NCBI GenBank assembly: GCA_965223265.1
Contig: OZ244999.1
Span: 1,632,001-1,696,000 of the forward strand
Direction of reading: 5' to 3'
Length of the DNA stretch: 64,000 nt
From: Planctomycetota bacterium
GTDB taxonomy: Bacteria; Planctomycetota; UBA8108; SXIK01
The notes under the pieces are model-generated. The model worked only from the letters and a program-made list of their open reading frames with translations, did not search any database and was not told the DNA's origin. Made by a program: the position numbers and the translations under genes. Shown piece after piece: positions 9,178-18,965 of the stretch (position 1 is its first letter; each line of letters starts with the position of its first letter).

Positions 9178-11412
9178 ATGCGACCACGGAAACCCCTCAT
9201 TCTACTTGCCGCGCTGCTGTCGACAAGCGCGGTCCCGCCGATCCAGGCCGGCGAGGCGACCGGGTCTGATTGGGCGTTCACAGCGCCGACTCGAAGTGAA
9301 CCGCCGGTTCGCGCTGAGCTGAAACACGCAGAGCGTGTCCTTAGTCCGATCGATCAGTTCGTGCTCCGGCGTCTCGAGGACGAGGAGCTCGAGCCTGCCC
9401 CGCCCGCCGATCGTGTCACTCTCGTGCGCCGCGCTTACTTCGACTTGCTGGGGCTGCCTCCGACCCCGGAGCAGGTCGAAAGCTTCGTCGCTGACAGCTC
9501 AGAGGCGGCTTGGTCGCAGCTGATCGACACGCTGCTCGAGTCAAAACACTACGGCGAGCGTTGGGCTCGGCATTGGCTCGACGTCGCGCGCTATGCCGAT
9601 AGTGGCGGCTACGAGACGGATATCTATTACCGCAACGCATGGCGTTACCGAGACTACGTCGTCAAGAGCTTCAACGACGACAAGCCCTATGACATCTTCG
9701 TTCAAGAACAAATCGCCGGCGACGAGTTGTGGCCCGACAACCTCGATCTCGACCCGCGCCGCGTCTACGTCGTCTCTGACAAGAAGCGACGCCATCTCGA
9801 GGCACGCATTGCCACCGGGTTCTATGCGCTCGGCCCGCGCGTCCACGAGTCTGGACTCGACGCCAAGCGGTTCGCCTACGAGACGAGAACCGACTGGATC
9901 GACACGACCGCATCGGCGTTCATGGGCCTGACACTCGCTTGCTCACGCTGCCACGATCACAAGTTTGACCCTTTCACGCAGCAGGACTACTTTTCACTGC
10001 ATGCGGTTTTTGCGAGCGCACGCGAGGTGGATCTGCCGCTCTGGACAGCGATGGAAGAGGCCGACTGGCGCCAATCGTTTCCCAAAATCGTCGCCGTTGA
10101 TGAGGCACGCAAGACTTACGAACGGTTCGTGGCGCAGATCGGCGAGAAGCCGACACCCCAGCAGGAAAAGCGCAAACAAGAGCTTCTCGCCGCTGTTGGC
10201 CAAGCGGTACTGAACCTGCCGCAGCGCGCCGCTGGGCAGGCTGCGGTCGAGTATGAAGGCTTGATGCACATTCCGACCGCGAGCGTTCTCGGTCGCGTTC
10301 ATCCCGCACTCATGGACCCGGTGCATGTGCTCGTTCGCGGCGAGTTGAACAAGCCCAAGGAGCGCGTCGAACCGGCGTTACCGCTTCAGCTGGCGAAGGC
10401 GACAGGAGTCGATCCAGCGCTCGGTTCGCCATTCTCGAGCCGCAAGGACTTCGCGCTGTGGCTGACGCGGCCCGACCACCCGCTCACCGCGCGCGTCATG
10501 GTGAATCGCATTTGGCAGTGGCATTTCGGTCGCGGCATCGTCGAGACGCCGAACGACTTCGGTGCGATGGGGCAGCCGCCATCGCATCCAGAGCTTCTCG
10601 ATTGGCTGGCTACCGAGTTCGTGGCGAGTGGCTGGAAGGTGAAGGCGCTTCATCGGCTGATCATGGACTCCGCGACCTACCGCCAAAGTAGCCGCGTCGG
10701 CGATGCACGTCACCTTGACGTCGACCCCGACAACAATCTGCTCTGGCGCATGAACCGCCGCCGGCTTGAGGGCGAAGCGCTGTGGGACTCCGTCCACGCC
10801 GCCGCGGGCACTCTGAACTTGAGCATGGGCGGGCGCCCCATCGTGCCGCCGCTCGCTGACGACGAAATCGCATCCCTGCGCGACAAGTGGCACTGGGTCG
10901 TTACCAGCGACCCGAAACAGCACACCCGGCGAGGCCTCTATATCATCGTCAGGCGCAACTTTAAGTTTCCGATGTTTGAAGTCTTCGACGCGCCGGTGAC
11001 GTCGGCCAGTTGCCCGACGCGCGACGTGACGACCGTGGCGCCGCAGGCTTTGTGGGGGCTCAACAATCGCTCCGTTTTGCGTCAGGCAATGCACTTCGCC
11101 GCTCGCGTGGCCAAAGAAGCCACACCGACCAGTGTTGTCACTGGGACAGCGGCTGCCGGCGCCGCTGGGGCGACTGAAGATCATGTCCGCGGTGCTCAGG
11201 TCGATCGAGCTTGGCGCATCGCTCTCGGGCGAGCGCCCACGGGTGAGGAAGTCAGCTCGTCCCTGCGGCTGCTCACGCAACTCGAAGCGGAGAACGCCCC
11301 GCTAGACGATCCACCCGCAGAACTCGCGGCGCTACCGCCGGAGCGCGCACAAGCGCTGTCGAAATTCTGCCTGGCGCTCTTCAATCTCTCCGAGTTTGCT
11401 TTTGTCGACTGA
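9178..11412 (+). CDS. DUF1549/DUF1553 (PSCyt2/PSD1) domain protein
   Basis: Signal peptide; YGERWARHWLDVARYADS, CSRCHDHKFDP, HPLTARVMVNRIWQWHFGRGIV, HPELLDWLA. Confidence 0.92.
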   Translation: MRPRKPLILLAALLSTSAVPPIQAGEATGSDWAFTAPTRSEPPVRAELKHAERVLSPIDQFVLRRLEDEELEPAPPADRVTLVRRAYFDLLGLPPTPEQVESFVADSSEAAWSQLIDTLLESKHYGERWARHWLDVARYADSGGYETDIYYRNAWRYRDYVVKSFNDDKPYDIFVQEQIAGDELWPDNLDLDPRRVYVVSDKKRRHLEARIATGFYALGPRVHESGLDAKRFAYETRTDWIDTTASAFMGLTLACSRCHDHKFDPFTQQDYFSLHAVFASAREVDLPLWTAMEEADWRQSFPKIVAVDEARKTYERFVAQIGEKPTPQQEKRKQELLAAVGQAVLNLPQRAAGQAAVEYEGLMHIPTASVLGRVHPALMDPVHVLVRGELNKPKERVEPALPLQLAKATGVDPALGSPFSSRKDFALWLTRPDHPLTARVMVNRIWQWHFGRGIVETPNDFGAMGQPPSHPELLDWLATEFVASGWKVKALHRLIMDSATYRQSSRVGDARHLDVDPDNNLLWRMNRRRLEGEALWDSVHAAAGTLNLSMGGRPIVPPLADDEIASLRDKWHWVVTSDPKQHTRRGLYIIVRRNFKFPMFEVFDAPVTSASCPTRDVTTVAPQALWGLNNRSVLRQAMHFAARVAKEATPTSVVTGTAAAGAAGATEDHVRGAQVDRAWRIALGRAPTGEEVSSSLRLLTQLEAENAPLDDPPAELAALPPERAQALSKFCLALFNLSEFAFVD

Positions 11413-11420
11413 ATCACAAG

Positions 11421-12896
11421 ATGCGACGAGACTTTGGGAAAATGAACGAAACGCAGACGATCCAAGAGAACGAATCGAGTCGCCATAGCGTTCGTCCCGC
11501 GGGACTGCTCGGTAGACGCGATGTTCTTCGCACTGCGAGCCTCGGGTTCGGCTCATTGGCTCTCGGCGATCTTCTGACGCGGCAGACCCAGGCGGCGACG
11601 CTGAACCCTCTCGCGCCTCGCGAGCCGCATCTTCCTGGGACTGCGCGCAGCGTGATCTTCCTCTTCATGCAGGGGGGGCCGAGCCAATTGGAGACGTTCG
11701 ACCCAAAGCCGGTCCTGACGAAGTATCACGGGCAGTTGCTCCCGAAAGAACTACAGGATTATGATCTGGCGCAGATCAACACGGCCGACTCGACGATCAT
11801 GGCGCCGCAGTTTGCGTTCGAGCGCCATGGAGAGAGTGGACAGCAGGTCTCGAGCGTTTTTCCTCACCTGGCGAAACACGCTGACAAACTGGCGATTATT
11901 CGCTCGCTCCATCACGAGCTCTTCATTCACGGCTCGGCAATGATCATGGTGCATTCGGGCACACAGCTATTGGGGCATCCGAGCGTTGGCGCTTGGGTGG
12001 TCTACGGGCTTGGGTGTGAGAGCGATAACCTACCAGCCTACGTCGCCATGACGGACAGCGTCTTTCGCAACGGCGCGTCGATGTACACATCAGGGTTCTT
12101 GCCGGCGATCTATCAAGGCACCGACATGCGGATCGAGGGCGTGCCGATTCAGAACCTTGTGCGCCCCTCGAGCATCGGCGCGCAGGAGCAGCGGCTTCTG
12201 CTCGATCAGATCGTCGAGTGGAATCGCCAGCACCGAGAGTCACGACCAGGGGATAGTCGCCTGGACGCGCGGATCGCAAACTACGAGCTCGCGTTCCGTA
12301 TGCAGACGGCGGCTCCGGAGATGATGGATCTGTCGCAGGAGTCGGCCGCGACGCGGTCGCTCTACGGCATCGACGACGCTACGTCTGAACGCTTTGGTAA
12401 GATGTGCCTGATGTCGCGCCGCATGGTCGAGCGTGGGGTGCGCTACGTACACTTGATTTCGGGCGGTTGGGATGCGCATGGCAACTGCAAGGGTAACCAT
12501 CAAAACCAAGCGAAGAAAGTCGACCAACCCATCGCCGGCCTCATCACGGATCTGGCACGGCGCGGCCTACTCGACAGCACGCTACTGGTGTGGGTCGGTG
12601 AATTCGGCCGCACACCCATCCGGCAAGGGTCGAACGGACGCGACCACCATCCGTACGGCTTCAGCGGTTGGCTCGCCGGTGGGGGAGTCGTCGGTGGTAA
12701 AACGATCGGGGCGACCGACGACTTCGGTTTCGAGGCAGTCGAAGACAAAGTCCACGTCAACGACCTGCACGCGACGATGCTAGGGCTGCTGGGCATCGAC
12801 CATGAGCGGCTCACGTACCTCTTCGAAGGCCGAGAACGTCGCTTGACCGACGTCGGGGGGCACAACAACTTGGCTCCTCGACTTGTCCGGGCGTGA
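11421..12896 (+). CDS. DUF1501 family protein (Tat-like RR leader)
   Basis: VIFLFMQGGPSQLETFDPKP, GEFGRTP, GRDHHP, HVNDLHATML. Confidence 0.92.
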   Translation: MRRDFGKMNETQTIQENESSRHSVRPAGLLGRRDVLRTASLGFGSLALGDLLTRQTQAATLNPLAPREPHLPGTARSVIFLFMQGGPSQLETFDPKPVLTKYHGQLLPKELQDYDLAQINTADSTIMAPQFAFERHGESGQQVSSVFPHLAKHADKLAIIRSLHHELFIHGSAMIMVHSGTQLLGHPSVGAWVVYGLGCESDNLPAYVAMTDSVFRNGASMYTSGFLPAIYQGTDMRIEGVPIQNLVRPSSIGAQEQRLLLDQIVEWNRQHRESRPGDSRLDARIANYELAFRMQTAAPEMMDLSQESAATRSLYGIDDATSERFGKMCLMSRRMVERGVRYVHLISGGWDAHGNCKGNHQNQAKKVDQPIAGLITDLARRGLLDSTLLVWVGEFGRTPIRQGSNGRDHHPYGFSGWLAGGGVVGGKTIGATDDFGFEAVEDKVHVNDLHATMLGLLGIDHERLTYLFEGRERRLTDVGGHNNLAPRLVRA

Positions 12897-12942
12897 GAGG
12901 CTGCGCTCTCGCGACCCTTCTCCTTAAGGACCTGCGACGACT

Positions 12943-14943
12943 ATGTACACCGTGCTCGCGTTCCTGATCTCGTTGATGGTGGCGACAACCTCAGAGGCGT
13001 CGCCCGTCTTGATCATTCCACCGGTCCACATTGGCGATGCCGACCCGGCGACAGAGGGTTTTACGGTCGGCGATGGATTGCCCTTCGAAGGTGCACCGGT
13101 GGATGGTGCGTGGCGTGTCGACTTCGTTGGGGTCGAGCGCTACAAGATCCATCTCGCTACCATGCCGAAGACGTGGACCATGACTGTCCGCGGAGCCGTG
13201 GAGCATGCGAGGAACCACGGTATCGGGGTCGCGGTCTCTCTCCCAGGACGCAAGGCCGTGACGATCCGGTGGATCGGTACGACTCAGCTCACCGACATGG
13301 AGACGAAGGTCGCGCTCGGCGCTGAGCAGGTGCACACGTATCAGATCGCCTACGACGGCGAGCACGCCAGTCTCTGGATCGACGGTGAGCGCGCGATCGA
13401 ACGCATGGCGGTGAGGCGTGCCGATGCGATCGGTGCTGACAATATCAAAGGCTTCTGGATTGGCAGTTTCACGGGACCCGGTACGAGCCGTTCCTCCTGG
13501 AGTCTTTGGAAGTTCGACGAGGGCGTGCGGATCATCGAGAGAAAGTCGCCTGCGCCAGAAGGCGCTGCTCAAGAGGTGCGTGCGCTCGGCTCGCGCCTCG
13601 AGCTCTTTGTCGACGATTGGCTGATCGAGCGCATGACGCCGGCAGTCCGCTTGAAGCTACACCGACCGCAGCCCCTGGAGACGGTGCTGCGTTTCGACAA
13701 GCCGTGGGAGGGGCGGTGGTCTGGATACGTCACAATCGTGACCGACGACGATCGCTACCGCATGTACTATCGAGCTGGACTCCACGAGCCGCCGCGGATC
13801 GAGGATCCCGAGTCGGTCTGTTATGCCGAGAGTCGAGACGGCCTCAAATGGACCAAGCCCGAGCTTGGCCTCTACGAGTTCGAAGGCACGAAGGCGACGA
13901 ACATCGTCTGGCGCGGCGTCGGTTCGCACTGCGGTTTCGGCGTTTTCAAGGACACGAATCCCAACGCCAAACCGAACGAACGCTACAAGGTGCTTTCAAG
14001 TAACGGCTACCAGAAACCGTGCTGGGCTTTTGGGTCGCCGGACGGCATTCGCTGGCATTTGATCCAGGAAGACCCAGTGATCACCGAGTATCGCGGCGTC
14101 GCTGCGGCCTATGACAGCCACTTCTGTACGCGCTGGGACCCCGCAACGCAGCTCTACGTCACCTACCATCGCATCTGGTACCGACCCTTCGAGCCGAAAG
14201 TGCGCTCCGTTGCCATGCGCACGTCGAAGGACTTCATCCACTGGAGCCCACTGCGCCGGATCGACTTTGGCGAGACGGTTCCCGAGCACATCTACACGAG
14301 TGGGATTTCGCCTTATCCTCGGGCACCACACATCTTGCTGGGGTTCCCGCGGCGCTTCTGGCCATCGCGTAAGCGTTACCCGGACGAAGATCTGCTCCCT
14401 GGCGTCTCCGACACCTGTTTCATTTCGAGTCGCGACGGCATTCACTTCGACCGTCGGTTCATGGAATCGTGGATTCGTCCGGGACGCGAGCGGCTGGCGT
14501 GGCTAAGTCGAAGCAACACGGTTGCTCCCGGTATGATTCAAACGAGCGTGGACGAGATCTCTCTTTTCGTCTCGCACGGTTGGGCGGATCCGTCGCAGCA
14601 CGTGCGGCGTTATGGGATCCGCACCGACGGGTTCGTCTCGGTCCATGCCGCATATGGCGTTGGCGAGCTGCTCACGAAGCCGCTGACGTTTGCCGGGCGC
14701 GAGCTGGTGATCAACTGCGCCACCTCCGCTGCAGGAAGCGTGCGCGTGGAAGTGCAGGGCCCGGACGGTCAGCCGATGCCCGGGTTCGCGTTGGCGGACT
14801 GCTCGGAGTTCTTCGGCGACGAGATCGAGCACACGGTCACGTGGCAAGGCGGCCCCGACGTCAGTGCGTTCGCCGGCCAGGCGGTGCGGCTGCGGTTCGT
14901 CATGAAGGACGCGGATCTTTACTCGCTGCGATTTCGGCCTTGA
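12943..14943 (+). CDS. Secreted protein with a glycoside-hydrolase-like five-bladed beta-propeller
   Basis: Signal peptide; ELFVDDWLI, YRMYY, YAESRDGLKW, SPDGIRW, SRDGIHF, RTDGFVS motifs. Confidence 0.75.
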   Translation: MYTVLAFLISLMVATTSEASPVLIIPPVHIGDADPATEGFTVGDGLPFEGAPVDGAWRVDFVGVERYKIHLATMPKTWTMTVRGAVEHARNHGIGVAVSLPGRKAVTIRWIGTTQLTDMETKVALGAEQVHTYQIAYDGEHASLWIDGERAIERMAVRRADAIGADNIKGFWIGSFTGPGTSRSSWSLWKFDEGVRIIERKSPAPEGAAQEVRALGSRLELFVDDWLIERMTPAVRLKLHRPQPLETVLRFDKPWEGRWSGYVTIVTDDDRYRMYYRAGLHEPPRIEDPESVCYAESRDGLKWTKPELGLYEFEGTKATNIVWRGVGSHCGFGVFKDTNPNAKPNERYKVLSSNGYQKPCWAFGSPDGIRWHLIQEDPVITEYRGVAAAYDSHFCTRWDPATQLYVTYHRIWYRPFEPKVRSVAMRTSKDFIHWSPLRRIDFGETVPEHIYTSGISPYPRAPHILLGFPRRFWPSRKRYPDEDLLPGVSDTCFISSRDGIHFDRRFMESWIRPGRERLAWLSRSNTVAPGMIQTSVDEISLFVSHGWADPSQHVRRYGIRTDGFVSVHAAYGVGELLTKPLTFAGRELVINCATSAAGSVRVEVQGPDGQPMPGFALADCSEFFGDEIEHTVTWQGGPDVSAFAGQAVRLRFVMKDADLYSLRFRP

Positions 14944-15105
14944 CAGTCTGTTGAAAAGTGCGTCGAGTCGAAAGCTGGTCGCTTCACGCCCAGATCGGCC
15001 GCGGCGAACGTAGGTAATCTCCGAGATTGTCATCGAGGCTCGCCGCGGTCGATCTGGGCGTGAAGAGGCTAGTTTCTCGGCCGAATGACTTTTTCAACGG
15101 GCTGT
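14943..15105 (+). mobile_element. ~163-bp MITE-like palindromic element, copy 2 (more diverged)
   Basis: ACAGTCTGTTGAAAAG...TTTTTCAACGGGCTGT; internal inverted repeat CTTCACGCCCAGATCGGCCGCGGCGA / TCGCCGCGGTCGATCTGGGCGTGAAG. Confidence 0.8.
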
Positions 15106-15137
15106 TGCGCGTCGGGAAGCGTATCGCCCACCCATCG

Positions 15138-17024
15138 CTAGTCTTCCTCATCTAACTGCGTCAGCCGTGGCTCCGCGGGTCGAATCGTGCTCGCGCTTCC
15201 GGAAGAGGGAGCAGCGCCGACGCCATAGACTGTCAGTCCGGTCGTAGGGTGCTCCCACAGCGGCGTTTGTCCTGGCAACACGTTGGCGCCGCGGGCGGCG
15301 AGCAAAACGACTGGGTACGGCACCTCGGAGGGTTCCACGTGACGCAAGAAGAGTCGCGCGGCCAGGACTCTGCGGTGAGCCAGCCGCCACAACTCCGAAC
15401 TCGGGAGCGGGGTGTTGAGAGAGGTGCGGCCGGCCAAGTACGGCGCGTGGATCTTCTCATCGAGGACGATCGCGTCAGGAGCGGTGTTAGCGCGGATCCA
15501 ACGGTAGGCTTCGACGTAGTCGTCGGCGATGACGCGGTCGAAGTATTGTTTGTAGTGCGGCACGCCAATGAGAGAAGCGAGCAGAATGAGCCCGAGTACA
15601 GCTCCCGTGTTCGCATTGAAAGTGCGCGCGAACGCCGCGAGCGCGACGCCGGCGAAAACTGCAAGGAACGGCAACGCGTCCGTCAAAAAGCGCCCAGGAG
15701 TCAGCGGTGCAATGTCTTTACCCAGGTAACGCACACTCGCCCAGCGGCCGCCGTACTCGAAGAGAAGAAATGCGACGACGAGCACCGCGCTTGAGAGCGT
15801 CGCAACGTTGACTCGGTTCGCGCAGAGCCGGGGAGACCGTGCGAGGACACAGGCGCCGAGCATCGCGAGAACGAGAAAGATTGGGCCCACAGCCGCCGCG
15901 AGTTTCCAGGCTGTGTAAGGCGCCTCGCGGTAGACGAGCAGTCCTGTGTCCGCCACCGAGTACGGCCCGAGGATTTTCGGTGCGAGCGTGAGCGTGAGCA
16001 CGAGCGCTGTGATCGTCCCGCTGACAACAAGTGTGCGAGTTGTCTCGCTGTCACGCCGAACAGCCCAGTTGTAGACGAGCAGCGACCCGAGAACGAAGAC
16101 GGAAGCGGTGAGCGCATGATGGTTGAGGAAGCTGATCGCCACCCAATGCACTGGAAGCGTGTATCGGATTCCGCGGGTCGAGCCGACCCGTGCTAATCCC
16201 GTGAGACTACCGAGGAGGACATAAACCGCCATCAGGTTCGGCAGGCCTCCCCACTCGTAGTAGCCGAGACTGCCGTCTCCTGCGAGCAGCGCGTACGCCG
16301 CTGTCGAGAAGAGGGCGACCTCGCGGCGCCCTGTCGTCGTGCTGACGAGAGAGAACACCTGGAGGGCGGTGAGAATCCCAAACGCTGCCATGGCGAGCTT
16401 GAACACGCTGTGCGTGGGAAGCGCCGTGATCTTGCTGAGAGTGGCGAGGAAGAGGTGCGATCCGATCGGGTATTGAATTTGAACGTTCTCGATGGGCGTG
16501 AGACTGTCCACGTGAGTCTGAGCCGCGAGGATCTTGTCGACGATGACCATGTGGAAGTAGGGATCCCAACCACGTGGATACTCGTGAAAAAACGTCGGTG
16601 CGATCCAGACGGCGGCGATGAGGGCGAAGAGCAGGATGATCCAGAAGCGGGAGACGACGATCTGTCGGTGTGGAAGCGGAGGGGGTGACGGCGCTTTCAC
16701 GAGGTCCTCATGCGACACGCTGACAGGCACGCTCCTTCGTCTCCACGGGCGTATGATCCAGTAGAGCGCCGACGCGGCCGCGAGCACCAGCCAAACGCTC
16801 CACCAGAAGTTCAACGATGCGAGCGTCAGAAAAAACAGAGTCGTGATGGCGAGCGCACAGGCAAACGCGATCGCGTTGAGTCGGTTCTCAAGCGTTGGCC
16901 GAGCATTGACCGTCAGGTGCCAAAGCGTGAAACCCGGCAGGCTGAAAAACACTAGACTGCCTGCAAATGAGAGAAGTTCCATAGCTGTGGCTCGCGTGCG
17001 AGGAATCCACGTGGCTGTCCGCAT
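15138..17024 (-). CDS. Polytopic membrane protein, possibly GT-C glycosyltransferase-like
   Basis: Many hydrophobic segments; GWDPYFH and YPIGSH loop motifs; C-terminal AYRWIRANTAPDAIVL domain. Confidence 0.65.
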   Translation of the reverse strand: MRTATWIPRTRATAMELLSFAGSLVFFSLPGFTLWHLTVNARPTLENRLNAIAFACALAITTLFFLTLASLNFWWSVWLVLAAASALYWIIRPWRRRSVPVSVSHEDLVKAPSPPPLPHRQIVVSRFWIILLFALIAAVWIAPTFFHEYPRGWDPYFHMVIVDKILAAQTHVDSLTPIENVQIQYPIGSHLFLATLSKITALPTHSVFKLAMAAFGILTALQVFSLVSTTTGRREVALFSTAAYALLAGDGSLGYYEWGGLPNLMAVYVLLGSLTGLARVGSTRGIRYTLPVHWVAISFLNHHALTASVFVLGSLLVYNWAVRRDSETTRTLVVSGTITALVLTLTLAPKILGPYSVADTGLLVYREAPYTAWKLAAAVGPIFLVLAMLGACVLARSPRLCANRVNVATLSSAVLVVAFLLFEYGGRWASVRYLGKDIAPLTPGRFLTDALPFLAVFAGVALAAFARTFNANTGAVLGLILLASLIGVPHYKQYFDRVIADDYVEAYRWIRANTAPDAIVLDEKIHAPYLAGRTSLNTPLPSSELWRLAHRRVLAARLFLRHVEPSEVPYPVVLLAARGANVLPGQTPLWEHPTTGLTVYGVGAAPSSGSASTIRPAEPRLTQLDEED

Positions 17025-17177
17025 GGATGCGGCTGAAGCACCAAGGCCGCTTCACGTTACCGGCCGGTCGGAGATGTGCGCCGCGGTTTTCATCTTCGGC
17101 CGTCTATGGCTCTGACTTCAAACAGGCAGAGGAGCGCCGAGTTGTCACGCACTTCATCGAGTCAGAATGCGTGCGAG

Positions 17178-18965
17178 CTACTTCTTCGTGACGTACGCGT
17201 AGTAGGCGCCGTACTGCGTGCCGTCGGCGGTAGTGAAGAGCGCTGTCATGCGCGTCTGACCTGAGGGGAGCTGCAGCGTGAACGTTACTTCCTTCGCTCC
17301 TGACGTGACGGCTATCTCTTGGTGTCGCTCGCCGATCGCGAGCGTCGCTTTGACCGGCTGGATCGACTTGCCGGGTGTCGTGCGGAATGCCTTCGCACCG
17401 GGGACCGCTGCTCCCGGGGCGAGGGCAGCGTCGATCGCGAGGCCCGTCTCTTCTGGCCAGCGCCGCAAACGCACTTCGTATTCGCCTTCTGCGACGACGT
17501 TGACGTGCCAAAAACCTGTGTTTTCGGCGCCGGTCGTAGCGCGACGGATGTGGGACTGGTTCCACGGCGTCGAACCCGTCGTGATCCAGTCATGCGAAGT
17601 CAGGCGCGCGGGGTTCTCGCGTGGGTGGCCCAGAAAGATCGCGGTGTCACTCGCGAACGTGGGCAGCAGCTCGTCCCACCAAGCATCGTAGAACTCTGTG
17701 AGTCGGCGGACGACCTCCGGGTGAGATGCTGCGACGTCACTCTCTTGTCCGGGATCGTCCTTCATGTCATAGAGTTCTTGACCGTTCACCAGGCGCCAGC
17801 GCGACGTCATGACGGCGCTCTTACGCCACTTGATCGGGTCTTTGACGCGCTGCGAATCAGTTACCAAGATGCGATCCGGCCATGCCTTTCCCTTGCCAGC
17901 GAGGAGCGAGGCGATGCTTCTGCCATCGAACGCCACGCCGGCTGGCGGCGCGATCGTGCACAACTCGATGAGCGTCGGCAGCACATCGACGTGTGCCGTG
18001 ATGGGCGTCACATCGCGCCCTCCGATCAGCCCACCTCGCAGCCAGTGAACGAAGAACGGCACTCGGTGGCCACCGTCGTACTCACTCCCCTTGCTGCCGC
18101 GCATTCCTGCATTGAACGTTTTCGCTCCGGCGGCGGTTCCGTTGTCCGTTGTGAAAATGAAGATTGTGTTCTCTGCCAGCCCTTCGTTCTCAAGGAACCG
18201 GCGTAGCGCGCCGACGTTCGAGTCGATGTTGGCGATCATGCCGTAGAAGTTCGCCAGATGAGTGTCACCAGCACTGGCGTAGGGCTGACTGTATTCCTTC
18301 GGCGCATGCATTGGCCCGTGCGGCGCATTGGTTGCGATGTAGGAGAGGAATGGCTTGCCCGATTTCTTTTGCGCCGAGATGAAACGTTTGGCGTAGTCGA
18401 AGAAGACGTCGGTGCAAAATCCCTTCACGGCTTCTGGCGTACCGTTGTGCCAGTACATGCCGTCGAAGTACGCGTTGTCCCAGTAGTCCGGGGTCTGTCC
18501 GACTCCGCCGCCGCCATGGCGGAGGACTTCGTCGTAGCCGCGGTCCTCTGGTCGATAGGGGTAGTTGTCGCCGAGATGCCACTTGCCGAACATGCCGGTC
18601 GCGTAACCAGCCGCCTTGAACACTTCCCCCATAGTGATTTCATTCGCGCGCAGCATGGACCGCCCCATGATCGTGTGCCAAACACCGGTTCGATTGGTCC
18701 AGCGGCCCGTGAGGAGCGCTGCCCTTGTCGGTGAGCAAGTCGGTGCGACGTGGTAGTCAGCCAAACGCACCGACTCGGCATACAACCGGTCGAGATGCGG
18801 CGTTTTGAGCACCGGGTTACCGTGGCATGCAAGGTCGCCATAGCCTTGATCGTCGGTGATCACGATGACGACGTTCGGCTTGTCTACGGCGAGCGACGAG
18901 GCGGCCGACAGGCACGCGCACACGCAGGAGACAAGTACGAATACCGCTCGGGTCGCAGGATTCAC
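17178..18965 (-). CDS. Arylsulfatase (Cys-type)
   Basis: PNVVIVITDDQGYGD, CSPTR, GKWHLG; GTG start at 18965 overlaps the upstream stop (GTGA) and is followed by a signal peptide. Confidence 0.92.
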   Translation of the reverse strand: MNPATRAVFVLVSCVCACLSAASSLAVDKPNVVIVITDDQGYGDLACHGNPVLKTPHLDRLYAESVRLADYHVAPTCSPTRAALLTGRWTNRTGVWHTIMGRSMLRANEITMGEVFKAAGYATGMFGKWHLGDNYPYRPEDRGYDEVLRHGGGGVGQTPDYWDNAYFDGMYWHNGTPEAVKGFCTDVFFDYAKRFISAQKKSGKPFLSYIATNAPHGPMHAPKEYSQPYASAGDTHLANFYGMIANIDSNVGALRRFLENEGLAENTIFIFTTDNGTAAGAKTFNAGMRGSKGSEYDGGHRVPFFVHWLRGGLIGGRDVTPITAHVDVLPTLIELCTIAPPAGVAFDGRSIASLLAGKGKAWPDRILVTDSQRVKDPIKWRKSAVMTSRWRLVNGQELYDMKDDPGQESDVAASHPEVVRRLTEFYDAWWDELLPTFASDTAIFLGHPRENPARLTSHDWITTGSTPWNQSHIRRATTGAENTGFWHVNVVAEGEYEVRLRRWPEETGLAIDAALAPGAAVPGAKAFRTTPGKSIQPVKATLAIGERHQEIAVTSGAKEVTFTLQLPSGQTRMTALFTTADGTQYGAYYAYVTKK

